A stretch of 64,000 bases of DNA from the human T2T-CHM13v2.0 reference genome, Homo sapiens, in NCBI RefSeq assembly GCF_009914755.1, contig NC_060932.1. One strand, written 5' to 3'. Both the position numbers and the translations under genes were made by a program. Position 1 is the first letter of the stretch; each line of letters opens with the position of its first letter. The notes below the pieces were generated by a model. It ran no database searches. It was not told the origin of the DNA and saw only the letters and a program-made list of their open reading frames with translations. Shown here piece after piece: positions 41,976 to 56,199 of this stretch.

Positions 41976-43670
41976 TCAATTACAAGCTTTGAAAACTACA
42001 TGAAGAAAAAACTGACAGAATTGAAAGAATACACACATCTATAGTTGTGGCTGGAAATTTCAACACTTCTCAGCAGTTGTTAGAACAAGTAGCTGGAAAG
42101 TCTGGATATGGAAGATTCAAACAATACTATCAATCAACTTGATCAAATTGATATTACAGAACACTGCATTCAACAACAGCAGGGTGTACATTCTTTTTAA
42201 GTGCACATGGGGTATTCACCATGATAGACTATATGCTGGGTTATAAAAGCTTCTCAACAAATTTAAAAGGATTAAAATTATATGAGGTCTGTTTGTTGAC
42301 CACCATGGAATTGGGTAAGAAGTCAAAAGCATTAAGATATCAAGAAAATTCCCAAATACTTGGAAATTAAATATCACACTTCTAAATAAGCCATAGATCA
42401 AAGAAGAAATCACCAGGAAATTAGAATTTATTTGAACCTTATTGATAATAAAAACACAATATATCCCAGTGTATGGGATGAAGCTAAAGCAGTGCTTAGA
42501 TGGAAATGTGTAGGTTAAATGCTTATGTTAGAAAAGAAGAAAGTTCTAAAATCAGTGATCTAGCTTCCACATTAAGAAGCTAACAACAACAACAAAAATA
42601 CTAACCTTAAGTACGTAGAAAAAAGTAGAAATCAATGAAATAGAAAATAATAAATAATAGAGAAAATCAATGAATTTTAAAACGGACTTTTTGAAACAAA
42701 GCTATAAAACTGATAAACTATCAAGCTGGTCAAGAAAAAAGAGAAGATGCAAACTGGCAATCTCAGGTGTGAAACAGGACACATGACTACACATACGTCA
42801 TTAAAAGGGCACTAAAGGACTCTAATGAACAAACATATACAAAAAATTCAACAACGCAGATGACATGCATAAATTCCTTAAAAGACAAATTGCTAATACT
42901 GATTCAAGAAGAAATAAAAAACCTAAATACTCCTATAAATTAAATGAATTGAATTCATAAGTAAAAGCCTTTACTCAAAGAAAACCCCAGGCCCAGGTAG
43001 TTCCCTAATTAATTCTGTGAACCATTTAAAGGATAAATAATAACATGACTATGCAAACTTTAAGAAAACAGAGAAAGAGGTAAATACTTCCCAACTCATT
43101 TTATAAGGCGTGTATGACACTGATATCAAAACCAAAGATATGGTAAGAAAACTATAGACCAATATCCTTCATAAATATAGACACAAAAATTCTTAACAAA
43201 ATATAAGCAAATTAAATTCAGCCATATGTAAACTGGATAATATACTATGTTCAAGTGGCATTTATCTTAGAAATTTAAGGTTGGTTTAATATTTTTAAAT
43301 CGATCAATATAATTTACCACATTAACATAATAAAGGAAAGAGTATGATCATTTCAGGAGGTGCATAAAAAGCATTGCACAAAATTCAACACCCATTCATA
43401 ATAATGACTTTTGGAAAATTAGGAATAGTGACAGCTTCCTCGACCTGTTAAAAGGCAGTGATGTCAAATCTTCAGTTTAATTATGAAAGAGTGAATGCTT
43501 TCCTACTACGATGGGGAATAAGACAAAGATTCCCGTTCTCACCACTTCTATTTAAACATCATATTGCAAGTACCAACTAGTATAATTAGACAAGATAAAG
43601 AAATCAAAGATTACAGATTGCAAAGGAAGTAGTAAAATTATTATTATGAATAAACAACAGAATTGTGTAC

Positions 43671-44221
43671 TGTCAACCTAAATAACTAAAAGAGAGGGGC
43701 TCTGTGAAAGAAAGATGTTTATCTGGGAATAGAGCTTTGCAATGGAAATACCTAGGCTGTAGTTAACTATGTGTGTATTCAGGGAGGTAAAGGAAGACAA
43801 AGCTTTTTCAAGGAAAAAATGAGGAAGATTACATAATTGTTTTAAAATAATTATCCTTGACTACAAAGATCAATAAGAAGGGTGCGATGGGTACGCTAAA
43901 AGCCCAGACCTCACAACTGCACAATATATACACGTCTTCTGCACTTGTACCCACTAACCCTATAATTTAAAAAAATAATAATAAAAAATAGCAAGAGTGA
44001 CACCTTCTGAGGTTGGACAGGTAGCTGCTGGGCAGATGTACTTACAGAAGTAAGTTTTATGCAAAGTCTTGATGGTCTCTGTGCAAAGTTGTGGTTTTAG
44101 CGGTCTTTTTTGTTATCAGGCATGCAAGCATGAGAACCCTCTCTTCGTGACCTTCCCTAGCTGTATTTGTTTGGGTTTTCATAACATTTATGCCTTCATT
44201 TTTATTCTGATAACTTTCACA
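43671..44221 (-). mobile_element. ERV1-class solo LTR (MER31-like) inside L1 ORF2
   Basis: TG...CA termini flanked by 4-bp TSD gtac (43667-43670, 44222-44225). Confidence 0.75.
43884..43990 (+). mobile_element. L1PB-like extreme 3' tail nested in the LTR
   Basis: gatgggtacgctaaaagcccagacctcac...ctgcacttgtacc...A-rich tail; TSD-like aata(ag/gc)aag(g/a)gtg. Confidence 0.75.
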
Positions 44222-45131
44222 GTACATAGAAAATCCTAAGAAAACTACAAACATATGCTGCTAGAAGCAAGAAGTAAACTTAGCAAGGTCACAATATACA
44301 AAATTAAAGTTTATGTCTGTATACTAAAAACTAGCAAATAATATTTTAAAAAATAACATCAAAGAACATGAAATACTCAAGAATAATTTTAATAAAATAC
44401 ATGTAAAATTTAGGAGATTTTTAAGCAGACTTAAATAAATGAAAGAAAAATTTTGAAAAGGAGAAAAAAAATTTGAGGACTTACTCTGATTTCAAAAACT
44501 TTCATCTACAATAATCAAAGTCATGTGGTATTGGCATATTGGCATAAGAATAGACAGATCAGTGGAATAGAATAGGTCTATGCGTATATGGTCACTTAAT
44601 TTTTTACAAAAGTACAAGGTTATTCAACGGGAAAAGGATAGTCTTTACAACAAATAGTGTTAAAACAGATATCCTTAAGGGGAAAAAAATGAACCTTAGC
44701 CCTTATCTCATACCCTGCACAAAAATTAACTCAAAATGGATCATAAACCTAAATGTAAAATCTTAAACTATGATAATTATAGAAGAAAATATAGGAGAAA
44801 AATCTTTTGACCTCAGGTTAGGTAAAGATTTCTTAGATTACTAAAGGAACTAACCATTTAAAGAAATTGATAAGTTGGACATCATCGTAAGTAAAATTTC
44901 CACTCTTTGGAAGATATCATTAAGAAAATGAAAGGCAAGCCACAGAGGAGAAAATACAATACATACGTCTGACAAAGGACTTGTAACTCTCACAACTCAA
45001 TTAAAAGGAGACTAACAAGAAAAAATGAGCAAAATATTTTAACAAACATTTCACAAACAAGATACACCAATCCCCAGTAAGTACATGAAAAGGTGCTTGA
45101 GATCATTAGTCATCATTGAAATACAAATTAA

Positions 45132-45427
45132 GGCTAGGTGTGGTGGCTCCCAACACTTTGGGAGGCCAAGGCCAGCAGATCACTTGAGGTCAGGAGTTTG
45201 AGACCAGCCTGGCCAACATGGTGAAACCCCCATCTCTACAAAAAATACAAAAATTAGCCAGGCGTGGTGGCACGCACCTGTAGTCCCAGCTACTCAGGAG
45301 GCTGAGGCACGGGAATTACTTGAACCTGGGAAGTGAAGGCTGCAGTAAGCCGAGATTTCGCCACTGCACTCCAGCGTGGGTGACAGAGCAAGACTCCATC
45401 CCAAAAAAAATGAAAAAAAGAAAAAGA
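45132..45427 (+). mobile_element. Alu (AluSx/Sz-like)
   Basis: Dimeric Alu; TSD gaaatacaaattaa. Confidence 0.92.
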
Positions 45428-46103
45428 AATACAAATTAAAACCAAGACAAGACATTGCTAACATTCACTAAAATGTCCAAAACAAACAAACTATGCAATA
45501 ATGTGGATGAATTCCCAAATCATTATGCTGAGCAAAAGAAGCCAGACACAAGAGATCACACTGTATGATTCCTTTCAGGCAAAAGTATAGGAAAGGCAAG
45601 CCTAATCAATAGTGACAGGAATCAAACCAATGGTTGCCCGAGACGGGGGTGGGAAGGAATGGACTGAAAAGGACCATGAGTGAATTTTTAGGAGTGATGG
45701 AAATGTTCTGTGTCTTATTGCTGTAGTAGTCACACAGGTGTGTTCATTCGCCAAAACTTGTCAAATATACACTTAGAATGAGTATTTTCTATTCTATTCA
45801 AATTTTGCATAAAAAGAAGCAGCTATTTTGTTGTTCATGATAGAAGCAATATTAGCACTTACTGTTCTCTAGCTCTTTCCCAAGGTTTTGCAGCACTATG
45901 AATTCCTTTAGTCACTCAGAGAATTAGGAAATTAGCATGGGTTGTTTTGATCTGATTGGGCATCACAATAGGAACTGACCTTTCTGTCTTCTGAGCTCTA
46001 ACTTTGGATCTCATGTTTTGCTCCTGGTGTGTAAGTCCTAGCTCTCCTATTTGGGCCTCCTTAAGGGTGGGTGCTTGGTGCAACTGTCATAGTCCTTTGC
46101 TTA

Positions 46104-46439
<336 letters not shown>

Positions 46440-47104
46440 TTATTTTACGAACATAGTTGTAAGTTGAATGAATGCACGCCTGGAGAGCAATTGGGATGCA
46501 CTACTGTGGAAAGTAGAGGTATTCAGAAAAGGCTCAACAGCCATATATTAGGGATATTATGAAGTGATTTAAACATTAGATGATGGTTGGACTAGAGAAG
46601 TTCTTTCCCAGTCCTGATTATGTGAAAAGAAAGCTTCCAAGGGCAGGAGACATTTCTCCACAGGGGGAAGTGAGTCTAAATATTAGGAGGGTCAGTAGCC
46701 ATTCTGACAACCTACCCACCATAGACAGAGTGGGATTCACCCCTAAACCAGCAGAGTGGTTAGATGTCTGTCACCAGGCATGTGGGTCTGAATCAGAAGA
46801 AAGAGAAGGATATCATTTTGGAAATTTACAAGTGAGACATGAAATCTAATAGAAGGGATTTCAAAAAGCACAGATTCATATGAGAAGTTCCCTGGAAAGA
46901 AAAGATGGGTGCTGATGTGGGCAGGGGCCATCTGAGGATGGCAGCTTCACAGAATTGCCCTCTCACTCCACTCTGGGGCCAGGACTCCCCACTCCTGTAG
47001 TCTTCTCCCTAAGATGAGTAAATATGAATTCAGCACCAAGTAAAACGGCCTACACATCCTCTCACCAGACTCTTTTGCTTATAATCATCATTATTACCTT
47101 AAAG

Positions 47105-47240
47105 CCAAAGTTTACTCATCTGTAAAATGAGGATAATAATAATTATAGAATCATTGTGAGGCTTTGATAAGATAATGCCTGTAAGTGTTTAGTACAGGCT
47201 CATAGAAAGTACTTAGTAAATCCTGGCTATGATTGTGGTT
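47105..47240 (+). mobile_element. MIR 3' half
   Basis: ctcatctgtaaaatgaggataataat...ttgtgagg...agataatgcctgtaagtgtttagtacag. Confidence 0.75.
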
Positions 47241-47494
47241 ATGATTTTGTTACTTGTTTCATCATTAAACCATGTATCATTTACTCCGGAAACAAAAAGT
47301 AGGAATGCTATTTCCCAATCTCTGTACCACGCTCACAGCGAAACAGCCTGTGCCATCCACTAACATACCCATAAACAATCTCCACTGCATTACAATCAGG
47401 AACTTAGGGAAAATGAGGCTTTTTTCTTGTTAAGCTTTATCTGCAGAATCTCAAGTAGTTTTTAGCTGTGCTCTTTTATATTCCAGTCAACCTC

Positions 47495-47633
47495 ATTTCC
47501 ACAGATGTACTCCCCTAGATTGAAAGTTCCGTGAGAGCAGGCATCTGGTAAATTATGCCCACCACTCTTTCCCCAGGGCCTAGCAAGGTACTTGGCACTT
47601 AGTGGGAGCTCAGTAGATATAAGATGAATGAAT
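47495..47633 (+). mobile_element. L2 3' end
   Basis: ctagattgaaagttccgtgagagcagg...ccccagggcctagcaaggtacttggcacttagtgggagctcagtagata. Confidence 0.75.
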
Positions 47634-50600
47634 ATGGTGCCCTTTCCAAAATCCTTCTACGCAAGTCCTGCTGCACTAGTCGCTGCCCTGCTATGGATGC
47701 AAAAATGAGTGAAAGGTTGATACATTGTAAACGTAACTGTGATCATTCTGAGTAGTCATTTAACCTCTTTACAGCAGCTGGATGATTATTTCTCAGCTAT
47801 ACGAAATTATTAAATAAGAAATAATTCATGCTTCATGTTCCATGTCCTCCATCATGAGGCCTTTTTACCAGTTTAATTAGTTAGTAAAGGACAGCACGCT
47901 TTCCTCTCCACCTTTTATCAAGAATTCTAAAGGCTTTAGAGAAAAAATGACTCAGGAGGTGAAACAGCAGGACTCCTGGTGTTATTTATAAACTCGTCCC
48001 TGGCATCTGCAGCAGCAAATCTCAAGCATCGTTTACCTTGCCCCGTAATTCTGGAGTTTGAGTATAAATGATGAAACAGCTAATGGCATGTTACCCGACA
48101 AAGTAGCATTAGCTTCCTCTATCATCGTCAGCTGTTTTTTTTTTTTTTTTTTTTTTCCACAAAAATGTGTAAATTGCAGTTTATCTCACCAGAGAAGCAT
48201 TTGATCAAATGTACTTTAATTATATTTTGTGTGGCTACTGAGAATAATCACTGTTTCTTCATCATAAGGATTGTCCTAAAAAATTATATTAACGTGGGTC
48301 AACCATAAACAGCAGTGGGAATTTAGCTACCTTTAAATGCTAAATTTACCTCTCAGCTTGTAGATTTCCTACAAATGAATTTCTTTGGGTCAAGATTTTT
48401 TCATGAGCATTGGCAATTAGTGGATATTCCTTGAACCAACCTTTTACTTTAAGTGAAATGTATTTGCATTAAGAGCATATTCATTTCCCAGGCTGCTTCT
48501 TAACACATTTGTTTCCCTTTGTTTTGGAATTCACAAAGCTTTTCATGGTTTGCCTATTCATTCCCTCACTGCATAATGATTTATAGTAGGTTATATTTTA
48601 GAAGGTTTTGTGTCAAAAAAAAAAATTTGCATCTCTTCATCAGGTAGTCAGTTAAAGAGGCTGCGTTGAGCTGCCAAATGGGACGCTGCCAGGTGACCAA
48701 GAAAGAAAAGCCTACTTGCATAAATAAAACGAAAGCATATTAGAACATTTAGCTAACATTCACCCAATTTTTCATAGTTGGCAACTTCTAACTTTGTTTC
48801 ATCTTCAAGGATTATGGTTTGAAGCAAGGGTAATTCGCCTTGTGTCTTCCTTTTAGTTCTTCCCTCAGAACCTGGTTTGGGAAAAACCTCACTAATATTT
48901 TGTAGCATCAGCCAAGTAGTTGTCATCTTTTTTGTAACCAACTGCCTTATACAAAAGCATAGACACACTTATTTTGGATAAATCCATACTGTCTGACACA
49001 TAAGCAAATATGGAAAATATAAAGGAATCCAAAGGCTCTCACACAGATCAATTTTCTTCATTGGCCAGAGCTGCCTCTAAAGAAATTCACATGACACCGT
49101 CTTCATTTTTCTGAACATGATACATATTATTCATTAGCATTTAAGCTTATATCTAATGCACATTTTTAGATAGGATTTTTTAGTAGTAAGACTTTTTTAT
49201 ATGTCTACCTATTATTATCCATGGTAGAGTTTCTTGTGACCTTGACCCTGTGATATCTGGAAATGAAAAAAGCCCATTTTGTTTCAGACTCTTGGTCCCT
49301 CTAGCTATAATTCTACTTCTGACAGTGGCCCCCAGAGGCATTTTGTGGAGGGCTGCTGCCACTTTGACATCACCCCTAAAATTGTTGGGCACACCCTCTC
49401 TAAAATAATTTTATTTCTCATTATAGCTTAATCACTATGAATTTCTACTAGAGTCATTTAAAAGAACAATTTTAGCCTGCCCTACTTGTTGGGAAGAATA
49501 GGGGAAATTAACAGCATCTTGTAACTGGAAGGACCCTTATAGGTTCCTAAGACTGATTCCAATTCCAAACAATAATACCAGTCCGTAAGTGGATCTGCTT
49601 ATAGAGAAACACCTGTTGCTTCTGTTTTTTGTCTCATATCCAGTTAGTTTCCCATTCACAGCAAAACATTCCCTTCAATGCCAAGGAAACTCAACCTTTT
49701 TGATTATTAGTATAGTTTCATCAAAGTTTCTTTGAAAGGTAAAATATCCCCTTTTTCTTGCCTATAATTTTTAAACCTTTTTAAAGGTTGTAAAGAATTA
49801 GTTAGTCAAGGCTTCTTCTCATAAAGCCAGGGTTTCTTTTTTCCTAGACTCTATGTGCTTAAGTGCTCTATGATAAAATGTGGATGTTATAAACTCATCA
49901 GCTTGGCCATGTGGAAGTGAAAACCACTGGTCAGAGGTGTGTGGATTCTCCCTTGTGACCTATCTCATATTACTGTGAACCAGCTGGCCCCCAATACCAT
50001 AAGCATTAACAATGGCTGACAAAATTGGGACTCCAGCTCCATTGTGTCACCTGGGCATCTGTGCAGCACTCCTGCCAAACAGTCCTGCTAAACTATTCCG
50101 ATTTCAGATGGGAATTTGGTCAGAAACAGCATTTTCTTGTAATACTTCCCACTTTTCTAATTCCCTTGTTTCTGGTTGCCAAAAGAATGGGAGGTAGACA
50201 GGAAGAGGTGGGGAAAAATGTTTAAGTTCAAATGTCATCTCTGCTAAAACCTGACTTCCACTGCACTGTGGCTTTGTAACCTCCTTGTGTTTGTAGCCAG
50301 CTATCAAAAATCTGTCCATTTGAACATGATTATACTAAAGCATGATTATTTTAAAGCTTTCATTATAAACTCTACACTGGAAATAATCTTTAGGGTGTTT
50401 TCAGGTTTGAAAACCCATATGCACTGAATGTTCTCATGGTGTGCTCTGTCAGAAACAATTTTTAATGATGTTTCCTCAGTGAGCATCATTCCCTAGATGT
50501 GGACAGAGCTGCAGAAAGGCATTTACAAGGAGTCATGCTGGCTCAGATGGGTGAAGAGGGAACTTTATTGACGTCAGACCATGAAAAGAGAGTGGGCAAT

Positions 50601-51879
50601 AAATTCTGTATAGACAAAGGTGAACACAATAAACTGAGACTGACATATAAACACGAGTACAATTCAAAATACAGTGGTAAGGAGGTGTGGATGTTTCTTT
50701 ATAGCTGTATATGTTTTTGACACACCCGCACACACAGAAAATTATAAAGTCAAAGATAATGAACCTAGAGTCATGTGGAAGGTGTGAGGTGGGTCAAGGG
50801 AGAAATAGAGGTTATTAAGGAGTATAGGTAGGTATTGAAGAAGAGCCTCATTTTATACACATACAGACACATGCACACATATATACCTATATATACTCTC
50901 TCTCCATATATACATATATTTATATTTATGCACATGTAAATACATATATGTAATTTATATTTATTTTCCCCCAATACTCCTCATACCTAGAGACCATGAA
51001 CTACATACAGAGGGAAGGCACACTTTCTACCTGAAGGCCAGCCCTTATATTGGTGATCAGTTTGTTCAGTGCTCTTAATCATTAGAGTAATTGTGTATAA
51101 AATCATGAATGGGGACTTTGTGAGTCACTTAACATTTGCAAGAAGCATATGAACGTGATTGTTCTTTTAGAGTTTGTTAGGTGGGTGGTGGTAAAGTAAT
51201 ACAATTTTCTAAATGGTAAAATCATGAATCTCATGCATGTCAAAAAATTTATTCAATTCATTAATTAATGAGAATATCAGTAAGATGTTACACCATTTTA
51301 AAGAGCATTTGAGAAACCAAGTCTGTGCAACTTAATAAATATATATTAGGATAAAATTGCTGGGTTAGATAAAAACTGGTTAATGTCTTAGAAGCCAATA
51401 AACTGTAACATTTGAGATATCTGTTCTATGGGACAAAATTCATTTTCATCTCTTTTAGACATCTTTAAGTTGACATGTAACTTCACTAAATCTGGGACCT
51501 TTAATCAACAGTAAGCAGTGAGTCAAAATAAGTACATTCTAATAAATAATCTTTGGGTGGACTTGGCCCCTGAATGACATTGAAAGAATGTACTGCCTAC
51601 CTTTTTGCTTTATTTTTAAGTCATGAATAATTTTTATAAGAGTGGTGAAAGGTATAAGAACATACTGAGTTCTACATAATAGTGTTTGGATCTCAACTTG
51701 TATACTGCTATATGTTCACATGGTTTTGGTAAGGAGAACTGACTTGTCATTCTCCAAGGCAGAAGCTGAGAGTAGAACTCCCAGAAAGTGGGATTTACTT
51801 ACCATAAGTTGCTGTAGAAAAGGAGGATGGAGTCAATCTTTATTTCTGCTTTTGTCCCACTACATGTTAAGAATTTTTT

Positions 51880-52135
51880 CATTTACCCATTCAGTGATTC
51901 AACAAATATCTGTTAAGCATCCACTAAGTGCCAGGCATTGAGGATTGGGGTGAAAAAGCCCCTGCTCTTAAGGAGCTTACATTCTAGCAGAAAAGACAGA
52001 CAACAATAATAAAACCATGATAATATTGTTTCAACTGGTAGATAGTGCTATGAAAAAGAAAAAGAAGCAGCAGCATGAAGGTAAGGGAGATAATGAGTGA
52101 CCACATGGAGGGGTGGACTTTAGACTGAACGATCA
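51880..52135 (-). mobile_element. L2 3' end (reverse)
   Basis: attcaacaaatatctgttaagcatccactaagtgccaggcattg...cctgctcttaaggagcttacattctag. Confidence 0.8.
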
Positions 52136-52399
52136 GGGAGTCCCAGGAGGACTGGCAGGCCTGCAGAGTGTGGCCCGGCCACAGCGATGGGCTTGGTGTC
52201 AGGTAGGGCTGCCATTCATCTTCTGCCCACTGTATGAATGTAATTCAAGTCTTTACTCTATTTCATGGTCCAGGATACCTCCGACCCAAGTTTCCATCTC
52301 TTTGTCATAAAGTAGAATAGGGGTGGGAGATCAGAGCTGCAAATGAAGCAAGTCATGCAAATGGTTTCCCACTGGAGAAAAGGCACATTTTTTCCCGAG

Positions 52400-52628
52400 A
52401 TAGGGCAGTGAAGAAGGTACAGAGCATGGATTTCAGATCAGAGACACCTGGGTTTGAATTCTATTTCTACCACTTACTACTGTATGACATCAGACAAGTT
52501 ACTAAAATCTATTTTCCATCTGTTAAAGACACATGAAGATCTCTCCCTCATAGGGCCAATTCAATGAAATCATCTCCAGAAAGCCCTCAGTACACAGAAA
52601 GCACTCAACAAGCAGTGACTATTATTCT
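52400..52628 (+). mobile_element. MIR
   Basis: agagcatggatttcagatcagagacacctgggtttgaattctatttctaccacttact...caagttact. Confidence 0.75.
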
Positions 52629-54134
52629 TGTAATTCCCCTATTTGGGGAGTCTGTAGCATCATCTTCATGTAGTACTGATTAACTAGTCTTAGTTATTGC
52701 TGCCACACAGTTTTACCACCTTACAGAGATGACTCATTATCACACAGTTCAGATACTGTGGGACCTGCAAGTCCACCAGAGGTGTTGGTGTTGACCTAAA
52801 CTATTTGGTCAAAATTATGCCCATAGCCAAGCCAAGGTTTCCAAAGAGATAGAAGGTACATGGGCTTAGTGGCGCACCTAAAACTTTTTAGCCCAAGTTT
52901 GGAGATTCTTGGGTAGCTTGAGAGTTAGAAACTAAAAGTAGAATACTTTTAATGGATTTGTGATTGAGGATTTTTTTTGTTTTTACTTTCTGGTCCTGTC
53001 CTGTCCTTTGTTTTCCTTTCATTTTTTCCCCCTCTTATGAGTTGAGTTGCTTTCTCTTCTAGGGAGCTATGTGTTAGGAAGCTGCTAATGAACTGCTTTT
53101 GAGTCTAATTTTCAATAAGATTTAATACAGTAGGGATTAAACTGCCCCCTTGAAAAGAGAGATTAAGTGTCTGCAAATCCCATGAATTGATTTTCTAATT
53201 GTTTTGGTAATAATGTGTATGTGTTTTTCATTTGCTAATGTTGCTGAAAATAATAATAATTTTAATTAAATTTTAAATGTATTTTTAGTATTTTAAGGAT
53301 TCTAGAGGGACTAAGTTTTCTTGCAAGGAATATGTTAAGACCATAACATTCTTCCCTCACCCCATAATTATTATGATCAGGGAATATCTATAATATATTC
53401 CATGGCAATTAAATTGCATACCCCAGACTGTTCAAGATGTGTTTATAAAAGGAGAAATGGATTTCCCACAGCTGCTCGCCTGTGAATGCATCCTTCACAC
53501 AGAACCACAGTAGCCAGTATATGCACTAAAATAACAGACTTGAATTTAAACTTTCAGTGCTTTCAAACGTCTTTCAAAAACTTCTCATAACACAAATTGC
53601 TTAATTTGTGTACATGAAAACTCACTGATTACATATGAATGAGAGTCAACCTATAATAATGGTGACTTTGAGAATCTTTGTGTATGTGCCCACCCATCTC
53701 TTCAGGAATTAGCAGGTATTCAGTCTTGTTCCAACATTCTGCACAAGCCACAGTCATTAGTGAGAGCACCCTGTGAAGGCTGAAATCTGCTGTGAACAGT
53801 ATGGGGCAGCTCAGGTATTTTTTATAATATTCATCAGATGGTCTTCACCCAGTCACGTAGCTGGAAAATGTTTTCTGTGAGATGAGTGTTTACAAAAAAA
53901 AAAGATTCATAGAGAAGGAGCAAGGGAAGGAGGAAGAGGGAAAATAATCCAAACCAGGGTCAAGGCAGTCATATAGACTAGAATCACAGACCAGGTGTTC
54001 CGTCTTTAAAAAGCGATCGTCACAACTTTGATTTATTAAATTGGAATTTAAATCTTCCAAGCTGTAATGAATTGATCATGATACTGTTGATATAGATTGG
54101 CTCATCTTTGTGGCTGTATAACAACTATAATAAA

Positions 54135-54330
54135 GAATTAATTGAGTACCTATTAATCCTCACAAGCATCTTGGAAGTTGGATATCATTAGCCCTGTTTG
54201 CTGATTGAGGAAACTAAAGTTGAATGGCTTTACATCATTCTTTCAAAGTCACCCAGGTTTTAAGCAGAAGAATTTGAATTTGAACCCAGCCCTACCTGCC
54301 TCTAAACCCCATATTCTCTCAGCTGTATCT
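54135..54330 (-). mobile_element. MIR
   Basis: ttaatcctcacaag...tgaggaaactaaag...caaagtcacccag...atttgaacccag. Confidence 0.65.
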
Positions 54331-55380
54331 CCCTCCTAGGTGCAATGGCTCCTTGGCTGACATGCTGAAGGATATGTCTTCACATTCTTAAACTCCAAAC
54401 CTCCCTTGGAAATAATTTCCTAACAGTGAAACTGCCCTAATAATGCTGTAGTTTGTTTCCAGGGGAGAATATTTGCCTTCAGAGCAGGCTCCTTCTGCCA
54501 GCTTTCCATTTCATAAATGCATTTTATGACTCCCTCTTCAGAGCTCATATACCTGTCAGAAGATCCTATGCAATTTATCCCTGGGGATAGTTAACATTCC
54601 CCCTGACCCACCCACCCTGCAATGTCAGGTGCTCTCAGAAATGGAAGTGCAGGATCTCCCTCAGTGCCCATCTTTTAGATCAGTAGCTGTCACTGATAAA
54701 ATGTCTCCTTGGAACTACAGAGACAAAGTTGCAAGCCAGCCAGCGGGCCCACCCTGGTATCTCCTGCAGTTATCAGCATTCTCACTAGTGATTGATAGAA
54801 CACGTTTTGGAGTTGTTTTAGTTTTGTAGAATGTTCATGGGAACTTAGATGATATCTGAGGAAATGCCTTCTTCAAGTCACTAGTTCTAAAGGAAGGCAG
54901 CCAAATTCCTTCAGTCTGAGAATTTTGGAGCTCTGAAGAGGGCATGGACAAATATTTCTTGCCTCTCTTTTTTAAATATGGAATTTGGAGGCTTTGTCTG
55001 TCGACCACCATGCCGTGTCTTTAAGAAGCTCTGACTGGGAAGGAAACAGCCCCAAGTGTTCCAAGCTCTGTCTGCTGGAATTAAATGTCCCTTCCTGTTT
55101 CCTGACATCCACAATTCTAATTCATCCTCCATTCACCCTCAGTGACTTCTGTTCTTTGAAGGTTTTGACTCTGTCCTTGTACATGAATTTGACATTCACC
55201 TGATACTCTGTGGGGTCCAGAGAGCATGTACTCCCCACCAGCTTCAACTAACTCTAAAATGTCACAGTTTCTGTTAAAGTGCTTTCTAGCTACTACCAGA
55301 GTAAACATACAGATTTGTCTCCCCTGGGTGTGCTGTGAATTCATGGCATAAAGTATTTTCTGGTTTTAAAATGGACTTCT

Positions 55381-55613
55381 GGCCTGTAATCCCAGCACTT
55401 TGGGAGGCCGAGGCGGGCGGATCATGAGGTCAGGAAATCGAGACCATCGTGGTTAACACGGTGAAACTCCTTCTCTACTAAAAATACAAAAAATTAGCTG
55501 GGCGTGGTGGCAGGCGCCTGTAGTCCCGGGAGGCGGAGCTTGCAGTGAGCCAAGTTCACGCCACTGCACTCCAGCCTGGGCGAAGAGCAAGACTCCGTCT
55601 CAAAAAAAAAAAA
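55381..55613 (+). mobile_element. AluY-like, 5'-truncated, with a 40-bp internal deletion
   Basis: atcgagaccatc..ggttaacacgg and gagcttgcagtgag Y diagnostics; CpG-rich; TSD ggacttctgg. Confidence 0.9.
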
Positions 55614-56199
55614 GGACTTCTGGCTTTTCTACTGGGAAATGTGGTTATCTGTGCCTTCTGGAGGTCAAGATGTCATCATCTGGCCCTGGTCCCTCTCACT
55701 TCTCCTCAGACTGGACCTCTTCTCCAGCTGTTTACTCACCTTCGTAGTTGTTCACACAATTTCTCCTTCATGTTTTTTGGAGCATCTCCCTAAGGTGCAT
55801 CTCTAGTCACCCCACCTTCTCATTCATCCTCCCAACCACCATGGCTCCACATTTATGAACTACATTCAGTCTATTTTCAGCCTGACATTTAGGACCTTCC
55901 ACAGGTAGTTGCCAACTTTATCTGCCAATAATTAGCCCAAGTTACCCCCCAGTGTCAACCAAACTGGAACGCTCACATGTTCTGTTCATCTGGAATACCT
56001 GTGCCTATATCTGTCTGTTGACATCCTAAGTACTCCACCCCAGAGCAAGGGGTTTATGGGAGTAGATAGGGGAAAACTCTGGTACAAAGTTGTAAGAACG
56101 TGGGTTGGGCTTGGAGAAAATCTAGATGGCATCCTGGGGCAATGGAGGGCTCAAGAACAATGGCAATGTCCAGTCCACAAGACAGGAGGTAGGGGATTT

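Noticed and set aside
49325-49345. CTCF-like motif (also ~52773)
   Set aside because: Mismatches at core positions of the CCASYAGRKGGC consensus.
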